NCBI GenBank assembly: GCA_017622575.1 | Contig: JAGAQU010000063.1 | Coordinates: forward strand, 16,304 to 80,303 | Reading direction: 5' to 3' | Length of the DNA stretch: 64,000 bases | DNA from: Lachnospiraceae bacterium | Lineage (GTDB): Bacteria > Bacillota > Clostridia > Lachnospirales > Lachnospiraceae | Shown: piece by piece, positions 29,320 to 38,875 of the stretch | Layout: every line of letters starts with the position of its first letter | Position numbering within the stretch: the first letter of the stretch is position 1 | The notes under the pieces: model-generated | The model's input: only the letters and a program-made list of their open reading frames with translations | Databases searched by the model: none | Told to the model about the DNA's origin: nothing | Position numbers and translations under genes: made by a program

Positions 29320-29991
29320 ATGGGAAAGCATCTGACTTTCCGGGATGGGAGAAGCGCAAAAGTGTCAGAGGTAATTTTATATTTAAAAGCAGAGCAGAAT
29401 GCGGAGGTAATGGAGAAAGACGTTTACGTAAAGGACATTGCCTCCGTTTATTGTTCCGACAGTGATGTCAGAAGGAAAGCAAAGGAGCTGAAGATCCATC
29501 ATTTCCGTGAGGGAGAGAGAAAGCGGCAGGTGATTAGTGTCTTAAAGATAATTGAACTGATTGAAAAGGAATGTCCGGATGTGATGGTTTTCAGCATGGG
29601 TGAAAATGCAACATTGATCGAATTGGTCAATGTAAATAAGCATAAAGGGACTGTACAGATGCTGAAGTTGATATTTGTGGCGCTGATCAGTTTTTTTGGA
29701 ACAGGTTTTACCATCATGGCATTTCACAATGATATCAGTATCAATAAACTGTTTGCCGGTGTATATGAGATGGTAATGGGATATCCCTCTGACGGGTACA
29801 GTATTCTGGAGGTATCTTATTCGATAGGTCTTGCTCTTGGAATCGTGCTTTTTTTCAATCATGTAGGAGGCAGAAGATTGACAAAGGATCCCACTCCCAT
29901 TGAGGTGGAAATGCGGGTTTATGAGACCGAGGTAAACAAGGCATTAATAGAGACTGCAGACAGGGAGGGGAAGACTGTTGATCCTTCTTAA
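29320..29991 (+). CDS. spoVAA: stage V sporulation protein AA
   Basis: Soluble N-terminal domain (VYVKDIASVY) followed by TM helices, directly upstream of and overlapping spoVAB. The start is uncertain; GTG 29362 is possible. Confidence 0.6.
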   Translation: MGKHLTFRDGRSAKVSEVILYLKAEQNAEVMEKDVYVKDIASVYCSDSDVRRKAKELKIHHFREGERKRQVISVLKIIELIEKECPDVMVFSMGENATLIELVNVNKHKGTVQMLKLIFVALISFFGTGFTIMAFHNDISINKLFAGVYEMVMGYPSDGYSILEVSYSIGLALGIVLFFNHVGGRRLTKDPTPIEVEMRVYETEVNKALIETADREGKTVDPS

Positions 29992-30475
29992 ACAGATGTT
30001 TTTAAGCCTTTGCGGTGCCTCCTTTGGTCTTCTCTCTTCGGCAGGTGTGTTTACTGTGCTGGCTTCCGTTGGTCTGATTCCAAGGTTTGCAGGGAAAATG
30101 CATGTGGCAAAGAAAGTGTTTGCTCTGGAGGAAGCAGTTATTTTTGGAACCATAGGCGGAGGGCTTGCCAGTGTATTTTCCGATTACGGACAGATAGGAG
30201 CTTTTGTGATTGCAGAGCAGCTGTTTGGAGTTTGGACAGTCAGGATCTGGAAGGTGATCGGAAACTGTTTTTTAAGTATATTTGGGGTTTTTGCAGGTAT
30301 CTTTATCGGCTGTCTTGCCTTTGCCATTGCAGAGATGCTTAATTCCATTCCGATTTTTGCACGCCGTATCGGTTTTCGCCATGGACTTTCCGTGGCAGTA
30401 ACGGCAGCGGCATTCGGGAAGCTTCTTGGAAGCCTTTTTTATTTTGCAAAAGGAATTTTTCTATCGGGAATGTAG
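29978..30475 (+). CDS. spoVAB: stage V sporulation protein AB
   Basis: 165 aa. TTG start with GGGAGGGG 7 nt upstream. Membrane protein with the GVFTVLASVGLIPRFAGK segment. Confidence 0.6.
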   Translation: MILLKQMFLSLCGASFGLLSSAGVFTVLASVGLIPRFAGKMHVAKKVFALEEAVIFGTIGGGLASVFSDYGQIGAFVIAEQLFGVWTVRIWKVIGNCFLSIFGVFAGIFIGCLAFAIAEMLNSIPIFARRIGFRHGLSVAVTAAAFGKLLGSLFYFAKGIFLSGM

Positions 30476-30559
30476 AAGGTGTTGAAAAATGGTGGAAATC
30501 CGATTACAATAGAAGGCATGGATAAAGGGGGAGGATAAATCCTCCGGAGGAGGTTTGAA

Positions 30560-30790
30560 ATGCGTTCTATGGAATTTAAGATGGAGCGGCCGGGGCTCCT
30601 TCATGAGGGGGATGAGATTACGGTGACAGAAGGTGTTCTGCCCAGTAATTATTATTATACCATTGACCCGTCGCTGGCCATGTCCGGCAATATTCCTTTC
30701 CGGGAAAGACTGAAAGTGAGAAGCGGCAGAGTGACCAGTGTGATCCAGAATGAAAGAGGATTCTATGTGACGGCAGAGTTTGATGAATAG
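30560..30790 (+). CDS. hypothetical small protein (76 aa)
   Basis: Strong GGAGGAGG Shine-Dalgarno sequence. No family recognised. Confidence 0.4.
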   Translation: MRSMEFKMERPGLLHEGDEITVTEGVLPSNYYYTIDPSLAMSGNIPFRERLKVRSGRVTSVIQNERGFYVTAEFDE

Positions 30791-30829
30791 TTCGGCTCTG
30801 CATAAATGCAGATAAGGAGGAGAAGTATT

Positions 30830-31210
30830 ATGTTAAAAAAAGTGGCAACAGACAAGGCACCGGCAGCAATCGGCCCTTATTCCCAGGGCATCATCGCAAA
30901 CGGCTTTTTGTTTGCATCGGGACAGATCCCGATCATTCCGGCAACAGGAGCCATCGCGGAAGGTGATATCACGGTCCAGGCAAAGCAGGTGATGGAAAAT
31001 ATCGGTGAGATACTGAAGGAAGCGGGAACCGACTATGAGCATGTGGTGAAGACCACCTGTTTCCTGGCAGATATGGCAGATTTTGGCGCATTTAACGGTG
31101 TATATGAAAAATATTTCACAGGCAAACCGGCCAGAAGTTGTGTGGCAGTAAAACAACTTCCCAAGAATGTTCTCTGCGAGGTGGAGATCATTGCCTGCAT
31201 GACGGAGTAA
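30830..31210 (+). CDS. ridA: RidA family enamine/imine deaminase
   Basis: APAAIGPYSQG signature with C-terminal VEIIA. AAGGAGG lies upstream of ATG 30830. Confidence 0.9.
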   Translation: MLKKVATDKAPAAIGPYSQGIIANGFLFASGQIPIIPATGAIAEGDITVQAKQVMENIGEILKEAGTDYEHVVKTTCFLADMADFGAFNGVYEKYFTGKPARSCVAVKQLPKNVLCEVEIIACMTE

Positions 31211-31228
31211 GGGATAACGGTTTGTGTT

Positions 31229-31729
31229 ATGAGTAATGTGATATTAATAGGAATGCCGGGTGTGGGGAAGAGTACTGTCGGAGTTGTGCTTGCCAAGAAG
31301 CTTGGTTACAGTTTTACGGACTCGGATCTGGTCATTCAGCAGGAAACCGGAAAGCTGCTTCATCAGCTCATAGAGGAAAAGGGTGAAGCAGGTTTTCTTA
31401 TGCTTGAAAACGAGATCAACGCATCCCTTTCGATGGATCATCATGTGATCGCTACAGGCGGAAGTGCCGTTTACGGAAAAGAAGCCATGGCGCATCTCAG
31501 AAAGACAGGCTGTATGGTTTATCTGAAGCTTCCCTATGAGGAGCTGAAGGAGCGGCTCGGGGATCTCAGGGAGCGCGGTGTGGTACTGAAAGAGGGCTTT
31601 ACGCTTTATGATCTGTTTGAGGAGAGAAGCCCCCTCTATGAGAAGTATGCGGATATCACCGTCGACTGCAGCGATAAACAGATCAGAGAAATTGTGGAAG
31701 AGATCAGTAAAAAATATAAGGAGCAATAG
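31229..31729 (+). CDS. aroK: shikimate kinase
   Basis: Walker A (GMPGVGKST), then FTDSD and GGSAV motifs. Confidence 0.85.
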   Translation: MSNVILIGMPGVGKSTVGVVLAKKLGYSFTDSDLVIQQETGKLLHQLIEEKGEAGFLMLENEINASLSMDHHVIATGGSAVYGKEAMAHLRKTGCMVYLKLPYEELKERLGDLRERGVVLKEGFTLYDLFEERSPLYEKYADITVDCSDKQIREIVEEISKKYKEQ

Positions 31730-31732
31730 ACC

Positions 31733-32629
31733 ATGAAGAAGTTTTCACTAAAGAGCAGTCTCCTTTTGTTTCTGGCAGCCTTTATCTGGGGCGTTGCTTT
31801 TGTAGCCCAGAGTGTGGGCATGGATTACATGGGGCCGTTAACCTTTAACGGAGCAAGGTTTTTGATGGGCTCTCTTGTGCTTTTGCCTTTTGTGTTGCTA
31901 AGGAGAAAACAGAACAAAAAGGCAGGAAGAGCACCCGCAAGTTTAAAAACTACGATCATTGGTGGAGTGTGCTGCGGGTTGGCACTTTGCAGTGCAGCTC
32001 TTTTTCAGCAGTACGGCATCATGTACACGACAGTGGGAAAGGCAGGATTTATCACCACGCTGTATATTATTCTGGTTCCCTTTTTCGGAATTTTCCTTAA
32101 GAAAAGAATTCCGGGAAAAGTATGGATCGGTGCAGTGATTGCGGCGGCAGGAATGTATTTGCTCTGTATGAGCGAAAGGCTGGCCCTTTCCAGGGGAGAT
32201 ACCCTTGTGTTTATCTGTGCCATTCTCTTTTCCGTACATATTCTGGTCATCGACCATTTCTCCCCCATGGCAGACGGAGTGGAATTATCCTGCATCCAGT
32301 TTCTGACGGCAGGGATTATAGGAAGTATGGGGGCAATTCTGTTCGAGCAGCCAACGCTTCAGTGCCTGATAGACGGTATTATTCCGCTGGCCTATGCAGG
32401 TATCCTGTCAAGCGGGGTGGCATACACGCTGCAGGTGGTTGGACAGAAGGATATGGATCCCACTGTGGCATCTTTGATCCTCAGTATGGAATCTGTGTTT
32501 TCCGCACTGGCAGGATGGATGATCCTACACCAGAAATTGAGCGGGCGGGAGCTTTTTGGCTGCGTGCTTGTGTTTACGGCTGTCATTCTTGTTCAGCTTC
32601 CTGAAAAAAAGCATAAAATGGCAAAATAG
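31733..32629 (+). CDS. DMT superfamily (EamA-like) transporter
   Basis: 298 aa. About ten TM helices in a two-EamA-repeat layout. Confidence 0.8.
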   Translation: MKKFSLKSSLLLFLAAFIWGVAFVAQSVGMDYMGPLTFNGARFLMGSLVLLPFVLLRRKQNKKAGRAPASLKTTIIGGVCCGLALCSAALFQQYGIMYTTVGKAGFITTLYIILVPFFGIFLKKRIPGKVWIGAVIAAAGMYLLCMSERLALSRGDTLVFICAILFSVHILVIDHFSPMADGVELSCIQFLTAGIIGSMGAILFEQPTLQCLIDGIIPLAYAGILSSGVAYTLQVVGQKDMDPTVASLILSMESVFSALAGWMILHQKLSGRELFGCVLVFTAVILVQLPEKKHKMAK

Positions 32630-32639
32630 GGATATGCTA
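32611..32639 (+). promoter_or_regulatory. forespore-type promoter candidate for spoVAE
   Basis: GCATA, 14 nt, GGATATGCTA, spanning the stop codon of the DMT gene and ending about 40 nt upstream of ATG 32681. Confidence 0.4.
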
Positions 32640-32680
32640 TATTCCATAAACAATAAACAGTTACAATTACGGAGGTTGTT

Positions 32681-33037
32681 ATGGAATATTTCAATGCTTT
32701 CTGGGTAGGCGGTCTGATCTGCGCACTGGTGCAGATCTTAATGGAAAAGACGAAAATGATGCCGGGAAGGATCATGGTGCTTCTGGTATGCCTTGGTGCT
32801 GTGATCGGTTTCTTCGGATGGTATGATCCTTTTATGGAATTTGCAGGAGCCGGGGCTTCCGTTCCGCTCCTTGGGTTTGGCAATGTGCTCATGAAGGGTG
32901 TGAAGGAAGCGGTAGACCAGGATGGTTTTATGGGACTGTTTTCGGGTGGTTTTAAGGCAGGAGCTGTGGGAACCTCGGCGGCATTGATTTTCGGGTATCT
33001 GGCAAGTCTGATCTTTAAACCCAAAATGAAACGATGA
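32681..33037 (+). CDS. spoVAE: stage V sporulation protein AE (SpoVAEB-type)
   Basis: 118 aa. AFWVGGLICALVQI and FAGAGASVPLLGFGN segments. Confidence 0.8.
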   Translation: MEYFNAFWVGGLICALVQILMEKTKMMPGRIMVLLVCLGAVIGFFGWYDPFMEFAGAGASVPLLGFGNVLMKGVKEAVDQDGFMGLFSGGFKAGAVGTSAALIFGYLASLIFKPKMKR

Positions 33038-33056
33038 AAAGAAAGAAGGAAGAAAC

Positions 33057-34853
33057 ATGATAAAGGAGAGACTGGCGGCACTTAAGGCCGCCATGAAAGA
33101 GGCTGATATTGACTGTTATATCATCCCCACATCGGATTATCACAACAGTGAATACGTGAGCGAATATTTTATGGTTCGCAAATATTTCAGCGGATTTACG
33201 GGTTCTGCGGGAACGCTGGTGGTATTGAAGGACAAAGCGGCACTGTTTACGGATGGCCGCTATTTTATTCAGGCGGCAAAACAATTGCAGGGAAGCGACA
33301 TCACACTGATGAAAATGGGAGAACCCAAAGTGCCGACACTGGAGGAATATGTAAGGCAGGAACTGAAAGAGGGAGAAAATATTGGCTTTGACGGCAGGGT
33401 GATCACTGCCGGAGATGGTCTTGCTTTTGAAAAAACGGCGATGGAAAAGGGCGGAAAAGTGATTTTTCATCTGGACCTTGCAGAGAAAATCTGGAAGGAC
33501 CGCCCGGCACTTTTATTCACGCCTGTGTTTGTCCTTAAGGAAGAGTACAGCGGCGAGAGCTGCGATGACAAACTAAAGAGACTTCGGGAAAAGATGAAAG
33601 AGGAGGGCGCAGCTGTCCATCTTCTCACAACTCTTGACGATATAGCATGGCTTTTTAATCTCCGGGCTAAAGACGTGGAGAGCTGTCCGGTGCTCCTTTC
33701 TTACGCGGTGATTACGATGGATGAGGCAATTCTTTTTGCGGGAGAGCACGCTTTTGATGAAACGGTGAGAAAGTATCTTGCAGAACATCATATTACGTTA
33801 AAGCCCTATGATGATTTTTATACATATGTGGCGGATCTGGTAAAGACAGGACCCAAGGAAAAACTGCTTGTATGTGAGAACAGGATCAATTACCGGCTCA
33901 AGAAAGAACTGGGGGATGCCGTTATCGTTGACAGGGCTAATCCAACAACTCTTATGAAGGCGGTCAAGAACAGCACGGAGCAGGAAAACTTAAGGAAAGT
34001 ACATCTGATGGATGGAGTAGCCGTCACCAAATTCATGTACTGGCTGAAGACAAATGTGGGAAAGGTTCCCATGACAGAGGTGAGTGCTTCCGATTATCTA
34101 GAGAGTCTTCGCGGGTCAAATCCGACTTACATTGAGCCCAGTTTTGCTACTATCTGCGCATACGGGGCTAACGGTGCCATCATTCACTATACGGCAACAC
34201 CCGAATCTTACAGTGAAATTCAGGCAAAAGGGATGCTGATGGTGGACAGCGGCGGACATTATTATGAAGGAAGCACGGATATCACACGAACCTTTGTCCT
34301 CGGCGAGATCACAGAGGAGATGAGACAGCATTTTACCCTGGTGGCAAGAGCGATGCTCAGGTTAAAGAGTACCAAATTCCTCTATGGATGCAAGGGCGTA
34401 AACTTAGATCTGGCTGCCAGAGAAGTGTTCTGGGAGAAAGGGCTTGACTACAAACATGGAACGGGACACGGAGTCGGCTACCTTTTAAATGTACATGAGG
34501 GACCGAACAGCTTCCGCTACAAGGTTTTGCCCGAAAGTGATAATGACTGGATCTTTGAAGAGGGTATGGTCACCACTGATGAACCCGGCATTTATATAGA
34601 AGGAAGTCATGGGGTAAGAATCGAAAATGAACTTCTCTGCCGTAAAGGGGAAAAGAATGAATATGGACAGTTTATGGAATTTGAAGATCTTACCTATGTG
34701 CCCATTGACCTTGACGGTCTTGATGTTTCTGCCATGGAAAACAGTGAAATTCAGGTTCTGAACAGGTATCACAGGACAGTTTACGAGAAGCTGGCACCGT
34801 TTTTTGACGGGGAAGAACTTGAATGGTTAAAGAATGCCACAAGAGAGATTTAA
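33057..34853 (+). CDS. aminopeptidase P (M24B) family protein
   Basis: 598 aa. Creatinase-like N-terminal domains and the M24 metal-ligand region (HGTGHGVG, EPGIY, IENE). Confidence 0.85.
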   Translation: MIKERLAALKAAMKEADIDCYIIPTSDYHNSEYVSEYFMVRKYFSGFTGSAGTLVVLKDKAALFTDGRYFIQAAKQLQGSDITLMKMGEPKVPTLEEYVRQELKEGENIGFDGRVITAGDGLAFEKTAMEKGGKVIFHLDLAEKIWKDRPALLFTPVFVLKEEYSGESCDDKLKRLREKMKEEGAAVHLLTTLDDIAWLFNLRAKDVESCPVLLSYAVITMDEAILFAGEHAFDETVRKYLAEHHITLKPYDDFYTYVADLVKTGPKEKLLVCENRINYRLKKELGDAVIVDRANPTTLMKAVKNSTEQENLRKVHLMDGVAVTKFMYWLKTNVGKVPMTEVSASDYLESLRGSNPTYIEPSFATICAYGANGAIIHYTATPESYSEIQAKGMLMVDSGGHYYEGSTDITRTFVLGEITEEMRQHFTLVARAMLRLKSTKFLYGCKGVNLDLAAREVFWEKGLDYKHGTGHGVGYLLNVHEGPNSFRYKVLPESDNDWIFEEGMVTTDEPGIYIEGSHGVRIENELLCRKGEKNEYGQFMEFEDLTYVPIDLDGLDVSAMENSEIQVLNRYHRTVYEKLAPFFDGEELEWLKNATREI

Positions 34854-34910
34854 TTGACTGATTTGGTCTTTATAAGATGGTAAAAATTAGTACAAATTTA
34901 TCAAAAAAAG

Positions 34911-34946
34911 AAATGGTATATCTGCTTGACGGATATACCATTTTTT
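34911..34946 (+). terminator. intrinsic terminator after the aminopeptidase gene
   Basis: AAATGGTATATC / GATATACCATTT 12-bp stem with a 9-nt loop, then a T-run. Confidence 0.75.
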
Positions 34947-35015
34947 GATATGTTATTGCTTAAAGGATTTTTGGCGGCAGAGCTGAAAATAAAAGTACAT
35001 ATGGAGGAGATAGAG

Positions 35016-36359
35016 ATGAGTAAAGAAAAAGCCATGGTCGGCGAAGAAGGCATCTTCGACGCAAAACAACTCGGTGTACCCAAAATGCTGGTTCTCGGAT
35101 TACAGCATATGTTCGCAATGTTTGGAGCAACAGTTGTCGTTCCCGCACTGACAGGTTTGGATGTTTCCACTACACTGTTATTTGCAGGACTCGGCACATT
35201 GTTGTTCCATTTTTTATCTAAAGGAAAGGTACCGGCATTCCTCGGTTCATCCTTTGCATTCCTGGCAGGCTACTGGGCAATCGCACCAAACGGGGAACAG
35301 GAACTTTTACCTTATGCATGCTTCGGTGTAGCGTGTGCAGGTCTTCTGTATCTGGTGCTTGCAGCACTGATCAAATCATTTGGTATTAATAAGGTTATGA
35401 GATTTTTCCCGCCCATTGTTACCGGACCTATCATTATTGCTATCGGTCTTAACCTTTCCCAGTCAGCTATCAACAATTGTGCGGCAAACTGGTGGATTGC
35501 CATCATTGCCATTGTGATTGTAATTATCTGTAACATCTGGGGTAAGGGAATGATCAAGATTATTCCGATTATCATGGGTGTGGTTGGTTCATACCTGATC
35601 GCAGCAATCACAGGAAATGTAGATTTTACTCCCGTGAAGGAAGCAGCATGGATCGGCCTTCCCATTCATTGGGATCGCACGGTATTTTCTCTGATCGGAA
35701 AAGCAGATATTTCTCTGTTGATCACGTCGGTGATCACGATCATGCCTATTGCACTTGCAACTATGGTAGAGCATATCGGTGATATCTCTGCAATTTCTTC
35801 TACTGTTGGCAAGAACTTTATCAAGGATCCCGGACTTCACAGAACACTGACAGGAGACGGTCTTGCAACCACAGTAGCATCCCTTTTCGGAGCACCTGCC
35901 AATACAACTTACGGAGAGAACACCGGTGTGCTTTCACTTACCAAGGTATTTGATCCGCTGGTAATCAGAATTGCAGCCGTATTTGCAATTCTTTTCTCCT
36001 TCTCACCTAAGATTGCAGCAGTCATCTCCTGCATGCCTACAGCAACACTGGGCGGTGTTTCACTGGTACTTTACGGTATGATTTCTGCAGTCGGTGTTCG
36101 TAACGTAGTGGAGAATAAGGTAGACTTTTCCAAGAGCCGTAACGTTATCATTGCAGCACTCATTCTGGTACTGTCCATCGGTATCAATTACAGTGCCGCA
36201 GGTGCCATCGCATTCAGTATCGGTTCTATCAATATCAGCCTTTCCGGTCTTGCAGTCGGTGCCCTTACAGGTATCATCTTAAATGCAGTTCTGCCCGGCA
36301 AGGATTATAATTTTGATGAGGAAGAACCTTCCGATACCGGTGTGAATTTTGAGGTTTAG
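35016..36359 (+). CDS. NCS2 family nucleobase (uracil/xanthine-type) permease
   Basis: Start at MSKEKA with GGAGGAG upstream. Polytopic protein with LQHMFAMFGATVVVP and the NTTYGENTG motif. Confidence 0.85.
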   Translation: MSKEKAMVGEEGIFDAKQLGVPKMLVLGLQHMFAMFGATVVVPALTGLDVSTTLLFAGLGTLLFHFLSKGKVPAFLGSSFAFLAGYWAIAPNGEQELLPYACFGVACAGLLYLVLAALIKSFGINKVMRFFPPIVTGPIIIAIGLNLSQSAINNCAANWWIAIIAIVIVIICNIWGKGMIKIIPIIMGVVGSYLIAAITGNVDFTPVKEAAWIGLPIHWDRTVFSLIGKADISLLITSVITIMPIALATMVEHIGDISAISSTVGKNFIKDPGLHRTLTGDGLATTVASLFGAPANTTYGENTGVLSLTKVFDPLVIRIAAVFAILFSFSPKIAAVISCMPTATLGGVSLVLYGMISAVGVRNVVENKVDFSKSRNVIIAALILVLSIGINYSAAGAIAFSIGSINISLSGLAVGALTGIILNAVLPGKDYNFDEEEPSDTGVNFEV

Positions 36360-36390
36360 CAAGATCCTGAATATCGAATAGAGAATTATT

Positions 36391-36418
36391 AAAAGCCGGA
36401 CGCTTGTCCGGCTTTTTT
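36391..36418. terminator. bidirectional intrinsic terminator
   Basis: GCCGGAC / GTCCGGC stem with a GCTT loop, flanked by AAAA and TTTTTT, between convergent genes. Confidence 0.8.
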
Positions 36419-36465
36419 ACTGGCGAAAAAGGACTGATCCCTTTGTCGGTATGATCAATCAATAT

Positions 36466-37329
36466 TTATTCGGCTTCAAACATTTCTGCCAGTTTTCTGG
36501 CGCTTTCAGAGAGCTTTTTGATACCTGAGAAAACAGTATCTGCTGTATACTGACTTAGGTATTGATCTGCTTCGAGCGTGAAGTAGCCCTGATATCCGGT
36601 TTCCTTAAGTGCCTTGACAACAGACGAAAAATCAATGTCCATGGAGAAGGGAATCTGGTGGGAATCATGAAGTCTGTCATTATCATGTATATGGAGCGCG
36701 GCCAGGTGGCTTCCGAGACGATGTATCATTTGGACGGCACCGGAGCCGGACCCCCTCATTTCTGCATGCCCGATGTCAAGACAAGCCACGAGATAGTCAT
36801 CATGAACGAGATTCAAATGCTCCAGAAAGCTTTCTGAGGTAGCGCAGGCTGCAAAAACAGAGCAATTTTTTTCTTTATCCCAGTCCCACATATTTTCTGC
36901 GGCAATCCTTACACCGCATTCTTTTGCAAAGGGAAGTAATTCCAGATACATTTCTGCATTTTCCTGTGCAGACTTTCCGTTATCCGGATGAATGACACAG
37001 ATAGAACCGCCGGCCTCTGCGGTACATTCGATGGCTCGCTTAAAGTAGGAACGAACCTTCGCACTACAGCTTGGAAATGGGGCATGAGACTGGTTGCATA
37101 CAATGCCATTGTCGAGACCGGTCTGTTTTAGTTTTCTGGCAAAAGCAAGGTAATTTGGTGAGGAAAGCGGATGGTTTGTCAAAATGGCAGTTTTCTTATC
37201 CCAATCATAGTCACACATGGAAAACATGGAAAAATCCCATGCATCAAAGCCAGCCCTTGCGATGTACTCTATGGCTTTCTGCTCTCCGATCAGGTCAGCA
37301 GCAGATATTATTTCCGTTGATGTTTTCAT
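36466..37329 (-). CDS. sugar phosphate isomerase/epimerase (xylose isomerase-like TIM barrel)
   Basis: 287 aa. The family layout, with HAPF, ENM and HIHDN segments, resembles the AP-endonuclease-2 / TIM barrel family. Confidence 0.7.
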   Translation of the reverse strand: MKTSTEIISAADLIGEQKAIEYIARAGFDAWDFSMFSMCDYDWDKKTAILTNHPLSSPNYLAFARKLKQTGLDNGIVCNQSHAPFPSCSAKVRSYFKRAIECTAEAGGSICVIHPDNGKSAQENAEMYLELLPFAKECGVRIAAENMWDWDKEKNCSVFAACATSESFLEHLNLVHDDYLVACLDIGHAEMRGSGSGAVQMIHRLGSHLAALHIHDNDRLHDSHQIPFSMDIDFSSVVKALKETGYQGYFTLEADQYLSQYTADTVFSGIKKLSESARKLAEMFEAE

Positions 37330-37515
37330 TGTAATGCCTCCGTAATAATATATATGATGAATTATAGCATAAATCAGGATTAATGATATAATAATTTATT
37401 TTGCAGAATCGTTTGGAAAATTTAGTGAAAGAATTCTGTGACAGTGGTATGATAGTGAAAGAAAAAGAATGCGACAGGGATAAATATCGATAAGAAAGTA
37501 GAAAAGAGGAAAGTG

Positions 37516-38331
37516 ATGAGAATCGTACCCGAGATAAATAAGGATGTGAATAGTAGATTAAGAGAAATTACATGTTTTGCTTTGGATATGGACGGAACCA
37601 TCTATCTTGGCGAACAGTGGATCGATGGAGCACGGGAATTTCTTGCTGCGGTGGAAAAAGCGGGAAAGCAGTATATTTTCCTGACCAACAATTCCTCAAA
37701 GGGTCCGGGAAATTATGTGGAGAAGCTGGCACGTATGGGGCTTTTTGTGGACAGCGGCAGAATTGTGACATCGGGTCAGGCGACCATAGATTATTTGAAA
37801 CGCAATCATCCGGGGAAAAGGGTCTTTCTCCTTGGAAATGAGCTTCTGACGCGGGAATTTGAGGAGGAAGGAATTGTGCTGGATGATGTGAATCCGGAGG
37901 TTGTGGTGACAGGCTTTGACACCTCCCTCACATATGCAAAAATGTGCAAGGTGTGTGATTTTGTGAGGAGCGGTCTTCCCTATATCGCCACACATCCCGA
38001 TTACAACTGTCCCACGGAAACAGGTTTTATCCCGGATGCGGGAGCCATCCATGCTTTTATTCATGCTTCTGCCTTCCGGTATCCGGATCACGTGATCGGA
38101 AAGCCAAGCGGTGATATTATGGACTATCTGGCGAGAAGAGCAGGCGTTACCAAAAAACAGACTGCCATGGTGGGGGACAGGCTCTATACCGATGTGGCAG
38201 CAGGCGTTAACAACGGTTATACCGGAATCCTGGTGCTGAGCGGTGAGGCAACAATGCAGGATGCGGAAAAATCCGATGTGATGCCGGATCTGATCTTTGA
38301 TTCGGTGAAAGAGATGACCAGGTATCTGTAG
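37516..38331 (+). CDS. HAD-IIA family hydrolase (NagD-like)
   Basis: Motif I (FALDMDGTIY), TNNS, and a C-terminal GDRLYTDV. Confidence 0.8.
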   Translation: MRIVPEINKDVNSRLREITCFALDMDGTIYLGEQWIDGAREFLAAVEKAGKQYIFLTNNSSKGPGNYVEKLARMGLFVDSGRIVTSGQATIDYLKRNHPGKRVFLLGNELLTREFEEEGIVLDDVNPEVVVTGFDTSLTYAKMCKVCDFVRSGLPYIATHPDYNCPTETGFIPDAGAIHAFIHASAFRYPDHVIGKPSGDIMDYLARRAGVTKKQTAMVGDRLYTDVAAGVNNGYTGILVLSGEATMQDAEKSDVMPDLIFDSVKEMTRYL

Positions 38332-38595
38332 CGATACCGGAAAGGATGCAAGATGAATCTGATCATACACGATCTCTCCAAGGAAAAGTAAAGGAAGGAT
38401 TACCGGCATCCTGCGAGAGCAGGATGTGATACATACAAAAGAGCGGTCAAAATAATGTGTTTCGAAAATAATAAGAATTATAGTAAGCCTCGGTAAAGTT
38501 TTTACCGAGGTTCATTGTTTTTATGAAAATAGGTTATTGACCATAGGTAATAAAAATTATATATTATATTTATGCAATGCATAAAGAGGTGAGCT

Positions 38596-38808
38596 ATGGA
38601 AGCAAGAGAAGAATTGAAAAAATTAAGAGAAAGTACCGGTATGAATAGAAAAGAATTTTGTGAGTACTTTGAAATTCCTTATATGACGGAAACAGATTGG
38701 GAATTGGGAAACAGAAGAGTTCCACAGTATCTTTTGCGATTGATGGCATATAAGGTTGAAATGGAGAGCTTGTCTGATAAAAGAAATAAGGATGGGAAAG
38801 GGCGATGA
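38596..38808 (+). CDS. small XRE-like helix-turn-helix protein
   Basis: 70 aa. LRESTGMNRKEFCEYFEIPYMTETDWE is typical of short HTH regulators on Clostridial accessory DNA. Confidence 0.55.
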   Translation: MEAREELKKLRESTGMNRKEFCEYFEIPYMTETDWELGNRRVPQYLLRLMAYKVEMESLSDKRNKDGKGR

Positions 38809-38875
38809 ACTAACGCTTGGATAATGTATTGGCAATTGTGGAACAGTCTGTTGCACAATTTGTAGGAGGAATGCT

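Noticed and set aside
34854-35015. A PyrR-type or riboswitch leader upstream of the nucleobase permease.
   Set aside because: The hairpin at 34911-34946 follows directly after the aminopeptidase gene and fits a simple terminator. No PyrR binding-loop motif or purine-riboswitch core was seen.
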